A stretch of 64,000 nucleotides of DNA. Origin: Patescibacteria group bacterium. GTDB taxonomy: Bacteria > Patescibacteriota > JACPGU01. The notes under the pieces were generated by a model. The model had not been told where the DNA came from and did not search any database. It saw nothing but the letters and a program-made list of their open reading frames with translations. Within the stretch, counting starts at the first letter, position 1. Each line of letters starts with the position of its first letter. Location of the stretch: the NCBI GenBank assembly GCA_022703645.1, contig JAKLDG010000001.1:733254-797253 (forward strand), given 5' to 3'. Shown one piece after another: positions 20,601-29,538 of the stretch. The translations under genes were made by a program, and so were the position numbers.

Positions 20601-22481
20601 TTTTATAAGACATTCCCACCCTTGTCCTTTTGGCTTCGTTAAAACGTACTTTAAAGAAAAAATATTTAAGTTTTTAACTCCCAACTGTTTAAAAAAGTCG
20701 TTGTCCACTTCCTTGCAAGCAATTCTTAGTAGAAAAAATATTCTATGCAATAAACTCTCCTCGTATTTATAGTCAACGGTTACAGACTGAACAACCTTAG
20801 AAGAATTGTTATATTTAACGACTTTTTCAGGCACACCCAATAATTCATTTTTGAAAAAATCAAAAAACACACAAGAGAAATCCGAAAGTAAAACAGAGAC
20901 TAGTATCTCATCCTTCCAGAATGATTCTATATTTTTGTTTTTTATAGCTTGTTTGATTAACTCCTTTATCTCCTTACTTTGTAATAATAATTTTTCAGAT
21001 ACCCACTTTCTGAATGCTCGACGTAAAGGCAGTGAGCTACCTATACTCTGAAAGAAAGTCTTAATATCAGTTTTTTTAACAAATTCTACTTCAATATTTT
21101 TTTCTAATGCCCATTCTTCATAAATATCGTGCGTAATAAAATATCCATGCGGTGATTCATATCCTAAAATCCCATCCTTTTTTAATTCATCCAAGATACC
21201 TGATTCACAAGCGGGAATAATAAAAAATTGTCCATCAGTTGCTCTTTGGAATGCCATTTTCAAAAAACATTGTTCTCTTGTAGGTTTAGATTTAATAATT
21301 ACTTTGCTCCATAATTTATCTTTAAATTCTGTATAGTTGGTTTGTTCTCCTTCTTTATAAAACTTTAAATATTCATTTAGGTAAAATGGATTTCTGATAA
21401 GGTCTACTAATCTTTCATCATTGGGAAGTACAAAACTATATGTACCGGAAAGAGAGCTTAATTCCGTTAAGTCTAAATTCTGAATGTTTATATTTAGGGG
21501 TGCAATTTTATATATCTCGAAAAATTGATAGTTTAAATCTTCTAAGTAATTATCTCTGGTTGTAAAAATAACTTTCCAGTTTTCCTTTACTAAAATAGAT
21601 AAAAACTCCTTAAAAGGATCCGTGTTTTTTAAATCTAGCAACTTCTCCGCAGAATCAATCACAATAATTTTATCTGCTTCCTCTTTTTGCCCATCCAAAA
21701 AATCTTGGAAACTATAACCTCTAAAAAATTCACTTATATTTCTTAATTCAAACTCAGTTGCCTTAAAAAGATAGAAAGGTGTCTTATCTTTTGTTTTCTC
21801 ATAAAAATCTTTGATGAGTGCTGTTTTCCCGACTCCACCAACACCACTTAGAATCAATACTTTTTCTTGGCTGATTTTTATTTTTTCTAAATCATCGCTC
21901 CTGTCTATCTTGATGTTTTGATTGTTGAAAGTAATAGCGGTTTGTATCTCATTCAAAATATTTTCGGAATGAGCCTGTTGGTTTTTTATCAGGTCAAAGA
22001 TACTTTTATCTAAACTGAAAAAATGTTTAGTTATAATTTCATTGTCTGTAGAAACAAACGGGGATTCAAAATAGCTAGCCATATTCCATACCAATTTAAT
22101 CCCAAGTTCATTCGCTTTTTTCTTAACATCTGTTTTTCCTTGTGGCTCTTTACCTTTATTTTGACCCCATTCTTGATTGGTATAAAAAACAAACTTTGTA
22201 ATATCAGGATAATCTCTTTTAGTCTTTTCGAGAGCATTAATAATATCAGTCTTACATGTAGTCTTTGATAAAGAATCACCATAAAATTTAGCTTGCCATC
22301 CGATTATTTCTTCTCCCTCTTTAATTGGATCATTTTCTATACCAGATTGATTTTTATAACGAAATATACCGGTATCTTTTTTATATTCTCTACAAAATAA
22401 TAAATAGCAAAACCACTCAAAATTACTTTGAGGATTTTCACTAAATTTTGCTTCGAATACAGGCCAGTTAGGTTTAATCAT
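17661..22481 (-). CDS. Giant STAND (NB-ARC-like) NTPase with N-terminal Mrr-like PD-(D/E)xK nuclease motif and ~1,300-aa helical C-terminal region; Avs4-like antiviral ATPase architecture
   Basis: Walker A GVGGVGKT, Walker B KIIVIDSAE and hhhhTTR motif KVIFTTRD. N-terminal ...NDPIKEGEEIIGWQAKFY resembles the Mrr_cat D...QxK motif. 1606 aa. Confidence 0.55.
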   Translation of the reverse strand: MIKPNWPVFEAKFSENPQSNFEWFCYLLFCREYKKDTGIFRYKNQSGIENDPIKEGEEIIGWQAKFYGDSLSKTTCKTDIINALEKTKRDYPDITKFVFYTNQEWGQNKGKEPQGKTDVKKKANELGIKLVWNMASYFESPFVSTDNEIITKHFFSLDKSIFDLIKNQQAHSENILNEIQTAITFNNQNIKIDRSDDLEKIKISQEKVLILSGVGGVGKTALIKDFYEKTKDKTPFYLFKATEFELRNISEFFRGYSFQDFLDGQKEEADKIIVIDSAEKLLDLKNTDPFKEFLSILVKENWKVIFTTRDNYLEDLNYQFFEIYKIAPLNINIQNLDLTELSSLSGTYSFVLPNDERLVDLIRNPFYLNEYLKFYKEGEQTNYTEFKDKLWSKVIIKSKPTREQCFLKMAFQRATDGQFFIIPACESGILDELKKDGILGYESPHGYFITHDIYEEWALEKNIEVEFVKKTDIKTFFQSIGSSLPLRRAFRKWVSEKLLLQSKEIKELIKQAIKNKNIESFWKDEILVSVLLSDFSCVFFDFFKNELLGVPEKVVKYNNSSKVVQSVTVDYKYEESLLHRIFFLLRIACKEVDNDFFKQLGVKNLNIFSLKYVLTKPKGQGWECLIKFVFENFDKLGNQNIHFILPIIHDWTSKFKEGETTKYSGLIALKYYQWTIKENIFISDDGTKNNLLQTTLYSALEIKNELEEIFKEIVKNKWKNHRDPYYDLSEMILTKLEGVAVAKTLPKYVLQLADLFWSFTPKEDRYYSRPGIGMEEHFDMEDEHLDYFPASSYQTPIYWLLQSSLQETVDFILKFTNKSVDYFAKTEFAKYEVEEVEVFIEKDKTIKQYDSRNGRLWNMYRGSSAPAPYVLQSMHMALEKFFLENGKAADSKTLEIWLFHLIKNSRSTSISAVVTSVVLAYPEKTFNIAKILFKTKDFFFCDTGRLVLDQGHKGMLQSLKAFGGGNSKNEFHEAERIQACDDKHRKLSLENLFLNYQLFRSEGIDEEDLKNRQKVLWKILDDYYKKLPDSSVETESDKTWRLFLARMDRRKMNIASEKNEDGYLISFNPKIDPKLKEYSEKSLEKSSEPMKYAQLKLWVNYRIRNDENYKQYKQYEDNPKLALKEAKEIIAKLKTSKKLESFKPQHSEEEGFYLLNHSIPVEVCSVLIKDFWDKFTEKEIDLCASMVIEVASVSSDPNYQYRATDGVQSAISVLPILLEKHPDKKRDIKEMLIFNLFNYYPIDIAGTGFNTFAIIAIQKLWDISFEDAQSILIGYLLLKPKFDALQEKTRQENYRKHKYNIRDSGIMKKFLRDSNADLDKILDDQLLISDIKDVESIDLYTLKTAFQLIPLKTEREEHKTIVKKIISAFAEKIISNNREDRVDYKVKHDFLKKLAYFILSSPKKEISEYLKPFVDKFNSSEAIADLFEEFISAEDCLNSYENFWEVWGIFKEKIIDMCKKGDGHRYVSKVVKSYLFAQNPWKESVVEWHTLKDENKAFFKEITEKLGHCSSALYAISKLLNDIGSPYLDDGISWLSGMLKNNDNLSKAKFEVNTIYYLENLVKKYVYKNREKIKKTMDLKQNVLVLLDFLINKGSVIGYMLRENVL

Positions 22482-22564
22482 ATTCGTATTAATCCTAAAT
22501 GAGTGTTCATGAAATAATATTATGTTCTGCAGACTATTATACTGATTTTATCATAAAAAATGCC

Positions 22565-22600
22565 CAAAAACAATTAAAAGAGAGGCTATCAAAGCCTCTT
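22565..22600 (-). terminator. Terminator hairpin (agaggct...agcctct) after the beta-class MTase gene
   Basis: 7-bp inverted repeat followed by a T-run on the minus strand. Confidence 0.45.
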
Positions 22601-22621
22601 TCGTTAATCCAACAAACAATA

Positions 22622-23392
22622 TTAAATATGCAATCTTAATTTAGAAAGTTTTGCGAAGGTCTCATTCTTCTCAATCCCAATCCAGTCTCTTCCTAACTTC
22701 TTTGCTACAAAAGCAGTTGTTCCACTCCCCAAGAATGGGTCGAGTACCATGTCTCCCTTGTTTGATGAAGCTATAATAACTCTTCGTAGAAGTTCTTCGG
22801 GTTTTTGAGTTGGGTGTGCAGCTCTGCCATTTGCGCCTCTCAATCTTTCTTTGCCTTGCACCAAGGGTAGTTGCCAAACATCTCTCATTTGTTTTATTGA
22901 GCCATCTTTTTGTTTATCAGGATTTATTTTTTTCAAATCTTCATAATTAAATTTCCAATTTTTACCTTTCACCGCCCAAACAATAAATTCTATTGAATGA
23001 GTAAAAACTCTCTTTGTCATATTAGGCATGGCATTTGTTTTTTGCCAGATTATAACATTGTTGATTTTGAAACCTAGTTTTTTTAGAACCATCATAATTT
23101 CAGCTAAGTTATGATGTGTGCAGGATACATAGATTGATCCATTATCTTTAAGGGCTTGATGACAACCAGCAATCCAATCATTTGTAAATTGCAGATATTC
23201 CTTATCGGTCATTTTATCCCAATCTTCATTTACCATATACCAATCACCACCAGTCTTATTTCCTTTCCACTTCAAAGCATTGCCAGATAAATTATATGGT
23301 GGGTCTGCAAAAACTAAATCGATTGACTTCGCGTCAATCTTTTTATTTAGAATTTCTATGCAATCACCTTGATATATAATATTCTTTTTCAT
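22622..23392 (-). CDS. Beta-class N6-adenine/N4-cytosine DNA methyltransferase (DpnA/M.PvuII-like)
   Basis: Motif [13 protein letters not shown] precedes motif [14 protein letters not shown]. 256 aa. Confidence 0.8.
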   Translation of the reverse strand: MKKNIIYQGDCIEILNKKIDAKSIDLVFADPPYNLSGNALKWKGNKTGGDWYMVNEDWDKMTDKEYLQFTNDWIAGCHQALKDNGSIYVSCTHHNLAEIMMVLKKLGFKINNVIIWQKTNAMPNMTKRVFTHSIEFIVWAVKGKNWKFNYEDLKKINPDKQKDGSIKQMRDVWQLPLVQGKERLRGANGRAAHPTQKPEELLRRVIIASSNKGDMVLDPFLGSGTTAFVAKKLGRDWIGIEKNETFAKLSKLRLHI

Positions 23393-23394
23393 TT

Positions 23395-25227
23395 TTATGC
23401 TTTAGATAAAATAGATTTTTGCCAACTATTTATAACTTGTGGAATCTCTTCTAGCCATTCCTCGGAGTTACTAACCCTTCCTGTTATTTCGACTACATCA
23501 TTATACAATTCAAGTAATTCAGAATGTTTGAATAATTTTCCGCTCTCTTTTACTTTCAATAAAGTGTCTAACATTTTTACAAGTTGATTTATGGATAAAG
23601 GAATGATTCTTTGTTCTGTTCCTTTATATCCATATTTGATGGCCATCCAAAAAGTTTCAACCGTATCTTGATGCAATTTAGGAGCAATAAACAAACAGTA
23701 AGTATTTTTATTAGAATGACTATTTTCAAAATCTCTTAGGTGTCTCATTACTGGTTGTCCTTCGTTATACCACTGATCACGACTCACCAACATAGTAACT
23801 TCACAAACAGAATTAAACTTTTCATAAAAACATTCTATATCGGGCTTATTTGCTGGAGCAGTAAATGTCGGCTCATTGTCATCACCAACCGGATAATTGG
23901 GTTTTATGTCTATAGCATCGTTTAAAGCATTCAATGCTAAGGTAGCCAATCTCTCCAACTCAATACTCTTTTTAGATTCAGATTGATAGATGTTTTTTAA
24001 TAGATCTATATACTCCCTAACTTTATCCAAGTCTTGGGACTCATCATGAATTTCTATGTTTTGTAATTCTCTTCGATATAATCTTAGATCTTCAATATAC
24101 TTTTTGAGCTGATCGATATTTAATACACCGATGTCTTTGAAACTAAAGATAGGTACTTTCGCTCCCTCGCTCACTAAAGCATCAAGATATTCTTTATTGT
24201 CTCTTTCCAATTTAGTTGCAATCTTTATCAAGTTATCTTCTGTTTCCCACGGCAATGTTGGTTCATTAATGTCAGAAATATAAGAAAGATATTTCTCAAC
24301 ATTCTCAAATACAATTGGTGAGGCATTATCTGATTTTAGTAATGCCTTTATTTCAATTTCTCTCCTCGGCTCTAGATCAATATGAAATCCTCCGCCTCTT
24401 ATATGAATATATCTTGTCAAACGAAAATACCTAATCGCATTATCGCCATAATCTTTGAGATTATTTAGCAATAGCTCAACCTCTCTTACACTTTTTGTTT
24501 TGAGAAACTTTTTGGCAAAATTCTTTTTATATTTTTCTCGATATTTTCTTTTTTCCTTCTCGTCTTTTATTTTTCTTAGTCCATCTCTAAAATCGACTAC
24601 CGCATCCGCTTGCTTTCCGATGTTTTTATGATCTATCAATGTTGGCACAAAAAGAGAAAACTCTTCCTTGGTAATCCCAACTGGTTTATTGCCAAGAGAT
24701 TCCCATCTTTTATTTACCTCATTGATAAGATGTAGTGTTCCCACAAAGGGCTTTATATTAAATCCATCATCTTCAGAAAATGTTTTACTATCAGGATTTG
24801 GTAATTGCCATTTCAAAAAGTGAATAAAAAATACATTTCCCAGATCATAGTCTTCAGATAATAATAATTTCCCCAAAGATGTTATCTTAATTTGCTCGGC
24901 AGAATTTTTAGCAATGCAAAACCCCATCTTATTTAATGGAGCCACAGAATTTCTTCCCCTCATTGCAGGATCTTCATAATGTTGGTTATGAAAAATTCTT
25001 TCGGCTACTGCAAAAGGCATTTCTTTTTCTATATCGTCAAAATAACTCTCTTGCTCTTTGGTTAGGTCGGTTGGTTTATATAACTTATTTTTTATTAATA
25101 GAATCTGATATTTAATTTGATTTTCTGATCCAAAAGATTCCCCTTCTGATTCTTTGAGTACTTTAAGAAAACCCCGTAAACGCTCGGGGTTTCTAACTGT
25201 TGTTGATATTGACCACGGTTTTTTCAT
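23395..25227 (-). CDS. Putative type IIS restriction endonuclease, AlwI/BstNBI/PleI family
   Basis: 610 aa between two MTase genes. N-terminal [13 protein letters not shown]...LKVL and [12 protein letters not shown], and C-terminal YCLFIAP...RIIPLS, resemble N.BstNBI-family enzymes as recalled from memory. Confidence 0.5.
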   Translation of the reverse strand: MKKPWSISTTVRNPERLRGFLKVLKESEGESFGSENQIKYQILLIKNKLYKPTDLTKEQESYFDDIEKEMPFAVAERIFHNQHYEDPAMRGRNSVAPLNKMGFCIAKNSAEQIKITSLGKLLLSEDYDLGNVFFIHFLKWQLPNPDSKTFSEDDGFNIKPFVGTLHLINEVNKRWESLGNKPVGITKEEFSLFVPTLIDHKNIGKQADAVVDFRDGLRKIKDEKEKRKYREKYKKNFAKKFLKTKSVREVELLLNNLKDYGDNAIRYFRLTRYIHIRGGGFHIDLEPRREIEIKALLKSDNASPIVFENVEKYLSYISDINEPTLPWETEDNLIKIATKLERDNKEYLDALVSEGAKVPIFSFKDIGVLNIDQLKKYIEDLRLYRRELQNIEIHDESQDLDKVREYIDLLKNIYQSESKKSIELERLATLALNALNDAIDIKPNYPVGDDNEPTFTAPANKPDIECFYEKFNSVCEVTMLVSRDQWYNEGQPVMRHLRDFENSHSNKNTYCLFIAPKLHQDTVETFWMAIKYGYKGTEQRIIPLSINQLVKMLDTLLKVKESGKLFKHSELLELYNDVVEITGRVSNSEEWLEEIPQVINSWQKSILSKA

Positions 25228-25229
25228 AG

Positions 25230-26393
25230 TTAATTATTAACCTTACAATAAAATACTCTCTCGGTATGCCCGTCAGTTTCACTTCTGCCAGTAGAAAATG
25301 CCCTGTAGTCTCTTTCGAATACTTCAACCTCGCCCTTCTTTTTTAATATGTTCACAATTTCACTATCCTTAATTCTTGAATTAGATCTCCCGTCTTTTTT
25401 CTCACCAGTGTTATTGTAGGAAACTAAAATGTGTTTACAGTTTGCATTCTCTATTAAATCTTCAAATGCTTTTTTAGCACTCTTTAAACAATACTGGCTT
25501 TTCAAGTGTGTCCGATCCATTTTCTTCGCCTTGCCAAACACTTCTGGCTTTCCCCATTCAACAAGGTTTTCTAATAAATGATAAGAGTCGCAATATTGAC
25601 GTGAATTATATGGTGGATCCATATATAATACATCGCATTTTATTTTTCTTATAAGTGTATTTGCATCTTCTCTATAAACCTCGTTATTGGTATTATTTTC
25701 CAAATTGATAGTTGGCGCCAAAAGCTCTAACGGATTAATACTATCAAGATTTTTTCTATATGCATCATAATGGCCTACAGTGTTGGCAACTTTATCTGCT
25801 GCATATATCAACGATGTTATTAAGGCAAACTTCTCCTCATCGCTTTCAGCTATTGACTCTATTTTCTCTCTTATAGCACCAATCTTTTTTGCATTTTCTA
25901 TAGTGAAATAAGTGCCACCATAATATTTTGAGAAATAGTTATCATCATTGGACTTAATGCTATTTAAAAGATTGATCTTTTTCTTTAAACCATCAATATT
26001 CACATTTTTTGCGTCAAGGAATGTCTTTAGCGGAAGGTAATTGCTAAGCAGAATGTCATTACTAATAACCTTTATATTCTTATCATTAAATCCCTCTCCA
26101 ACGACTCCTGTTCCTGCAAAGATATCACAAAATGATGTGATTTCCCCGCACTTCTCGTTTACAATATCTTTTATAAAGTTTATCAGTTTAAATTTGTTAC
26201 CTAGATACCTTCTATTCTGAATTTGAAATTTGCCCTCAATGTTTTGTGTCTTGGGATAAAAATATACCTTTTCAATTTTGCTCACCTCTAAGGTAGCTTC
26301 ATTTGCCCTTTCTTTACCAAAAAAGTCAAAGCCAAAAAGAGGGGCTTGAATGGCAGTAGATAAATTTGTATGTTTGTTTTGAAGTTGAGACAT
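25230..26393 (-). CDS. Alpha-class (Dam-like, D12) N6-adenine DNA methyltransferase
   Basis: Motif I DIFAGTGVVG precedes motif IV LYMDPPYNS. Confidence 0.8.
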   Translation of the reverse strand: MSQLQNKHTNLSTAIQAPLFGFDFFGKERANEATLEVSKIEKVYFYPKTQNIEGKFQIQNRRYLGNKFKLINFIKDIVNEKCGEITSFCDIFAGTGVVGEGFNDKNIKVISNDILLSNYLPLKTFLDAKNVNIDGLKKKINLLNSIKSNDDNYFSKYYGGTYFTIENAKKIGAIREKIESIAESDEEKFALITSLIYAADKVANTVGHYDAYRKNLDSINPLELLAPTINLENNTNNEVYREDANTLIRKIKCDVLYMDPPYNSRQYCDSYHLLENLVEWGKPEVFGKAKKMDRTHLKSQYCLKSAKKAFEDLIENANCKHILVSYNNTGEKKDGRSNSRIKDSEIVNILKKKGEVEVFERDYRAFSTGRSETDGHTERVFYCKVNN

Positions 26394-26665
26394 AATATAA
26401 GGTTAAGTAATGCCTTAACTACATTCTACAATAAATTTACAGATTATAGAATCTATAATTTACCTTGTTTGTTTTCTTGGCTTTTTAAACGCATTTTAGC
26501 AACCACTTCAGAAAAGATAATGTTAAAAATGTTTTTCATCCGCTCCTCAACATCAGGAGTTCCTACAAAAACATACTTGAATTTGATTGATTTCTTTATT
26601 CTTTTTACCTTTCGCCCTAGTTTCTTTGACATAACTAAGTACTCCTGTCTCTTCTTATATTTTAT

Positions 26666-27184
26666 TTAATTATAGCTATCAATTATCTTGTCACCATCTC
26701 TATCATAGAAACAAGAGGGACTATAACTACGCCAACACCATTGCAATTGAGTCCCGCTACCATAATTTGATGGATTAATAGAGTCGGGTTGGCTACCATA
26801 CGATTCAACAAGCATATCATAACTCATGCCAACCCATATCTTCCCATTTGCAACACCTTCGCATTCTTCAACGGTCCATAAAGGGTGCTGTTTCCAGATT
26901 TGGCCAGCTCTTGAATTTTGCCATTCTGGATCAGCTAATTTTTGAGCCGTAGCTTCGGCCCTCTCCTCTTTAGCCTTCTCAACTTGTTCGCTCTGCTCCT
27001 TAACAGCTTCATTCCAGCTATTATTAGCCATTATCATTGGGATCGTGATTATAGCTATCACCACCACCAGTGCAATCCAACATCCTTTCTTTTTTGACTT
27101 CGCACCTTTTAAAGATGATTTACAGTGTTTGCAAAACTGGGCATCATCTTGTATCTCCTCTGCACATTTTGGACACTTCTTCAT
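26666..27184 (-). CDS. Zinc-ribbon membrane protein (N-terminal CPKC...CKHC, single TM, extracytoplasmic Trp/Cys-rich domain)
   Basis: MKKCPKCAEEIQDDAQFCKHCK followed by TM segment IALVVVIAIITIPMIM. Confidence 0.5.
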   Translation of the reverse strand: MKKCPKCAEEIQDDAQFCKHCKSSLKGAKSKKKGCWIALVVVIAIITIPMIMANNSWNEAVKEQSEQVEKAKEERAEATAQKLADPEWQNSRAGQIWKQHPLWTVEECEGVANGKIWVGMSYDMLVESYGSQPDSINPSNYGSGTQLQWCWRSYSPSCFYDRDGDKIIDSYN

Positions 27185-27370
27185 AAATTCTCCTTTCTAA
27201 TAAAAAACACCGCAAAAATATGCGGTATTTAATACTAAGATTATTATTGCTAAATTTTATATTACATTTTTGTAACATGATCCTTGGTCGGTTTTTATAT
27301 TTTTTAGTGGAAAACACAAAGCTCCCCACCAGCGATGGCTTGCGCCACCCACACCCCTTTCGAGGCATGA

Positions 27371-27420
27371 CCGACCAAGGTGCTCTGATGGAGAGCTTTC
27401 TACCTTGGTCGGATTTTTTG
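27371..27420 (+). terminator. Strong intrinsic terminator: 11-bp stem ccgaccaaggt/accttggtcgg with nested 5-bp hairpin, followed by TTTTTT
   Basis: Perfect inverted repeat plus T-run on the plus strand. The preceding ~80 nt are GC-rich. Confidence 0.65.
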
Positions 27421-27561
27421 CCATATCCTACAGATGTAATGCAGGGGTTAGGCAACTAAATTGTTAGCATCATTTTAGCATGCAAAACCGTTAAAGTAAA
27501 GCTATTAATCCCCGTATCGACTCACATTTATATACATCACAAATCAGGGATTAACAACAAT

Positions 27562-27590
27562 TTGACTATTACAATTATTTTGCCTATAAT
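27562..27590 (+). promoter_or_regulatory. Consensus sigma70 promoter TTGACT-17-TATAAT
   Basis: -35 TTGACT at 27562-27567, exact 17-nt spacer, -10 TATAAT at 27585-27590. Confidence 0.7.
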
Positions 27591-27686
27591 ACACTTAGAT
27601 TAAAAATTTACGGAGAGCAACTCTAATGTTTTAAGTGGTCAATACATCCCGTACTTGAATTAGGGTCTGCTAACAAAAAAATCCCA

Positions 27687-27728
27687 AACCAATAGAAAGG
27701 ATCTCTTTTTTCTGTTGGTTTTTTTTAT
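27687..27728 (+). terminator. Intrinsic terminator/attenuator (aaccaatagaaa...tttctgttggtt + T8) located 37 nt upstream of the ParB-MTase start
   Basis: 12-bp stem with one G-U pair, then eight T. It sits between the promoter and the RBS (AAGGAGG at 27754). Confidence 0.6.
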
Positions 27729-27764
27729 TTTAAAAATATTAATAATTTTAACAAGGAGGTAATC

Positions 27765-29123
27765 ATGTTAAAAGAAAATCAGTTAAAAGTAATTCAAGTT
27801 CCCATCAAAGAACTTAAACCATCTGAATATAATCCAAGAAGATGGTCGGCTGATGCTATCAAACAGCTTAAGGATAGCATAACAAGATTTGGGCTAGTGG
27901 ATCCAATCATAGTAAACATTGCGCAAGGACGAGAACAAATCGTAATTGGGGGCCACTTTAGATTAAAGGTCGCCAAAGATTTAGGATTTCACGAAGTACC
28001 GGTTGTGTATCTCGATATCCCAGACGTTGAGAAAGAAAAAGAATTAAACATCAGATTAAACAAAAATCTGGGTGAATTCGATTTCGATCTTCTAAAAAGT
28101 TTCGGAGAAGATTTTCTATCAGACCTTGGATTTTCATCCGAAGATTTGGATAGAATATTTGAGGTTGAGGACACGCCGGAAATGTTTGATTTAGAAAAAG
28201 AATTAAAAAAGCTGGATATTAAGAACATTGAAATCCAAAAAGGAGATCTCTGGGATCTTGGCGGAAGCAGAATGTATTGTGGAGACTCTACAATAGAAGA
28301 AGATATGCTAGCGCTGATGGGGAAAGAAAAAGCAGATATGGTTTTGACGGATCCGCCATATATTCTTGATTATCTAAAGGGAAAGAAAAAACATGGCAAA
28401 GCAATTGAAGGGTTCGGATATAAAAGAGACAGAAAATATCTTGAAACAGACTTTTTGCCTGAAGACTTTACGGAAAAATGGATGACTAACGTTCACAAAG
28501 TTCAAAAAGATGATTTTCACATCATTGTTTATGAGAACTGGAAAAACATTCGAACCATATGGAATGAGATGGAAAAATACTGGAAGGTAAAGAATATGAT
28601 TGTTTGGCACCTGCCAAATCGTGTTCAAAATTTCTCATCAAAATATAAGCTCTTTAACAAGCATGACATAGCAATGGTTGGTACCAATAAGGACTTGGGA
28701 TTTAATTTTGAGCAAGAGAACAGGGAATTGCAAAATGAATATGAAACAGCTCTTTACGCGATAAGCGGAAAACCAGCTTGGGAATCATACGAAAAAGGAA
28801 AGAAATATTGCCCAACTGATTTTATCGAATTTAATGCTGCTGATGAGAAAAGTTCGGGCCAAGGAATTATATTTGGCACGAAACCAACAGAGATATTGAT
28901 TCCATATATAAAAATACTGACCAAAAGAAATGATTTAATTTTAGAACCGTTTGGTGGTAGCGGTAGCACTTTAATAGCGGCAACAAAAATGAAGCGTCGA
29001 TGCTATCTTATGGAAAAATCACCGATATATGCGGAAGTAATTAGAAAGCGCTGGGAAAATCTAACAGGCCAGAAAGCTAAACTGATCTCAAAAAAGGAGG
29101 TGAAGGATGATAAACAAAAGTAA
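27765..29123 (+). CDS. ParB-like nuclease domain fused to beta-class DNA methyltransferase
   Basis: N-terminal ParB-N motif (KPSEYNPRRWS...GGHFRL). MTase motif IV VLTDPPYIL and motif I EPFGGSGSTLIAA. RBS AAGGAGG. Confidence 0.8.
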   Translation: MLKENQLKVIQVPIKELKPSEYNPRRWSADAIKQLKDSITRFGLVDPIIVNIAQGREQIVIGGHFRLKVAKDLGFHEVPVVYLDIPDVEKEKELNIRLNKNLGEFDFDLLKSFGEDFLSDLGFSSEDLDRIFEVEDTPEMFDLEKELKKLDIKNIEIQKGDLWDLGGSRMYCGDSTIEEDMLALMGKEKADMVLTDPPYILDYLKGKKKHGKAIEGFGYKRDRKYLETDFLPEDFTEKWMTNVHKVQKDDFHIIVYENWKNIRTIWNEMEKYWKVKNMIVWHLPNRVQNFSSKYKLFNKHDIAMVGTNKDLGFNFEQENRELQNEYETALYAISGKPAWESYEKGKKYCPTDFIEFNAADEKSSGQGIIFGTKPTEILIPYIKILTKRNDLILEPFGGSGSTLIAATKMKRRCYLMEKSPIYAEVIRKRWENLTGQKAKLISKKEVKDDKQK

Positions 29124-29538
29124 GGTTCAGAAAACATTATTGGAACAACTTTCCAAAATGCCAATTATCCAAGTAGCCTGCGACAAAAGTGGCGTAAGCA
29201 GGGCTACATTCTACAGAATGTGCAAAGAGAGTAAGAAGTTCAAGGGAAATACAGATAAAGCCATTCAACAAGGAAGGCTCCTTATAAATGATATGGCTGA
29301 AACGCAGATCATATCAGCGATTAAAGATCGGAATATAACAGGGCTGATTTATTGGTTAAACCACAATCATCCATTGTATAAGACTAGGATAGAAATTGAG
29401 GCTAACCACAAAATCAATAATGGAAAAATCAGTAAGGAACAGGAGGCTTTAATAAAGAAAGCCATAGGATTAATGATCCCCAATAATAGCAAAAAGGGAT
29501 CAGCCCAAGACAATATTCCAATAAAAGACAATGAGTAA
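29107..29538 (+). CDS. HTH protein, putative terminase small subunit
   Basis: 143 aa with an HTH (VACDKSGVSRATFYRMCKES). Its stop overlaps the start of the large terminase gene. Confidence 0.45.
   Translation: MINKSKVQKTLLEQLSKMPIIQVACDKSGVSRATFYRMCKESKKFKGNTDKAIQQGRLLINDMAETQIISAIKDRNITGLIYWLNHNHPLYKTRIEIEANHKINNGKISKEQEALIKKAIGLMIPNNSKKGSAQDNIPIKDNE

Noticed and set aside
22482-22560. Promoter for the STAND gene (TATAAT on the minus strand at 22536-22541)
   Set aside because: The -10 box is clear but no acceptable -35 at 16-18 nt spacing; too uncertain to list as a feature.
26370-26669. 99-aa plus-strand ORF in the intergenic region upstream of the Dam-like MTase
   Set aside because: Lies in a 270-nt AT-rich promoter region with no RBS and an implausible product.
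27144-27459. Overlapping ORFs 27144..27455 (minus) and 27220..27459 (plus)
   Set aside because: They overlap each other, the zinc-ribbon gene and a strong terminator hairpin, and their products look like junk. The region is better explained as noncoding or structured RNA.
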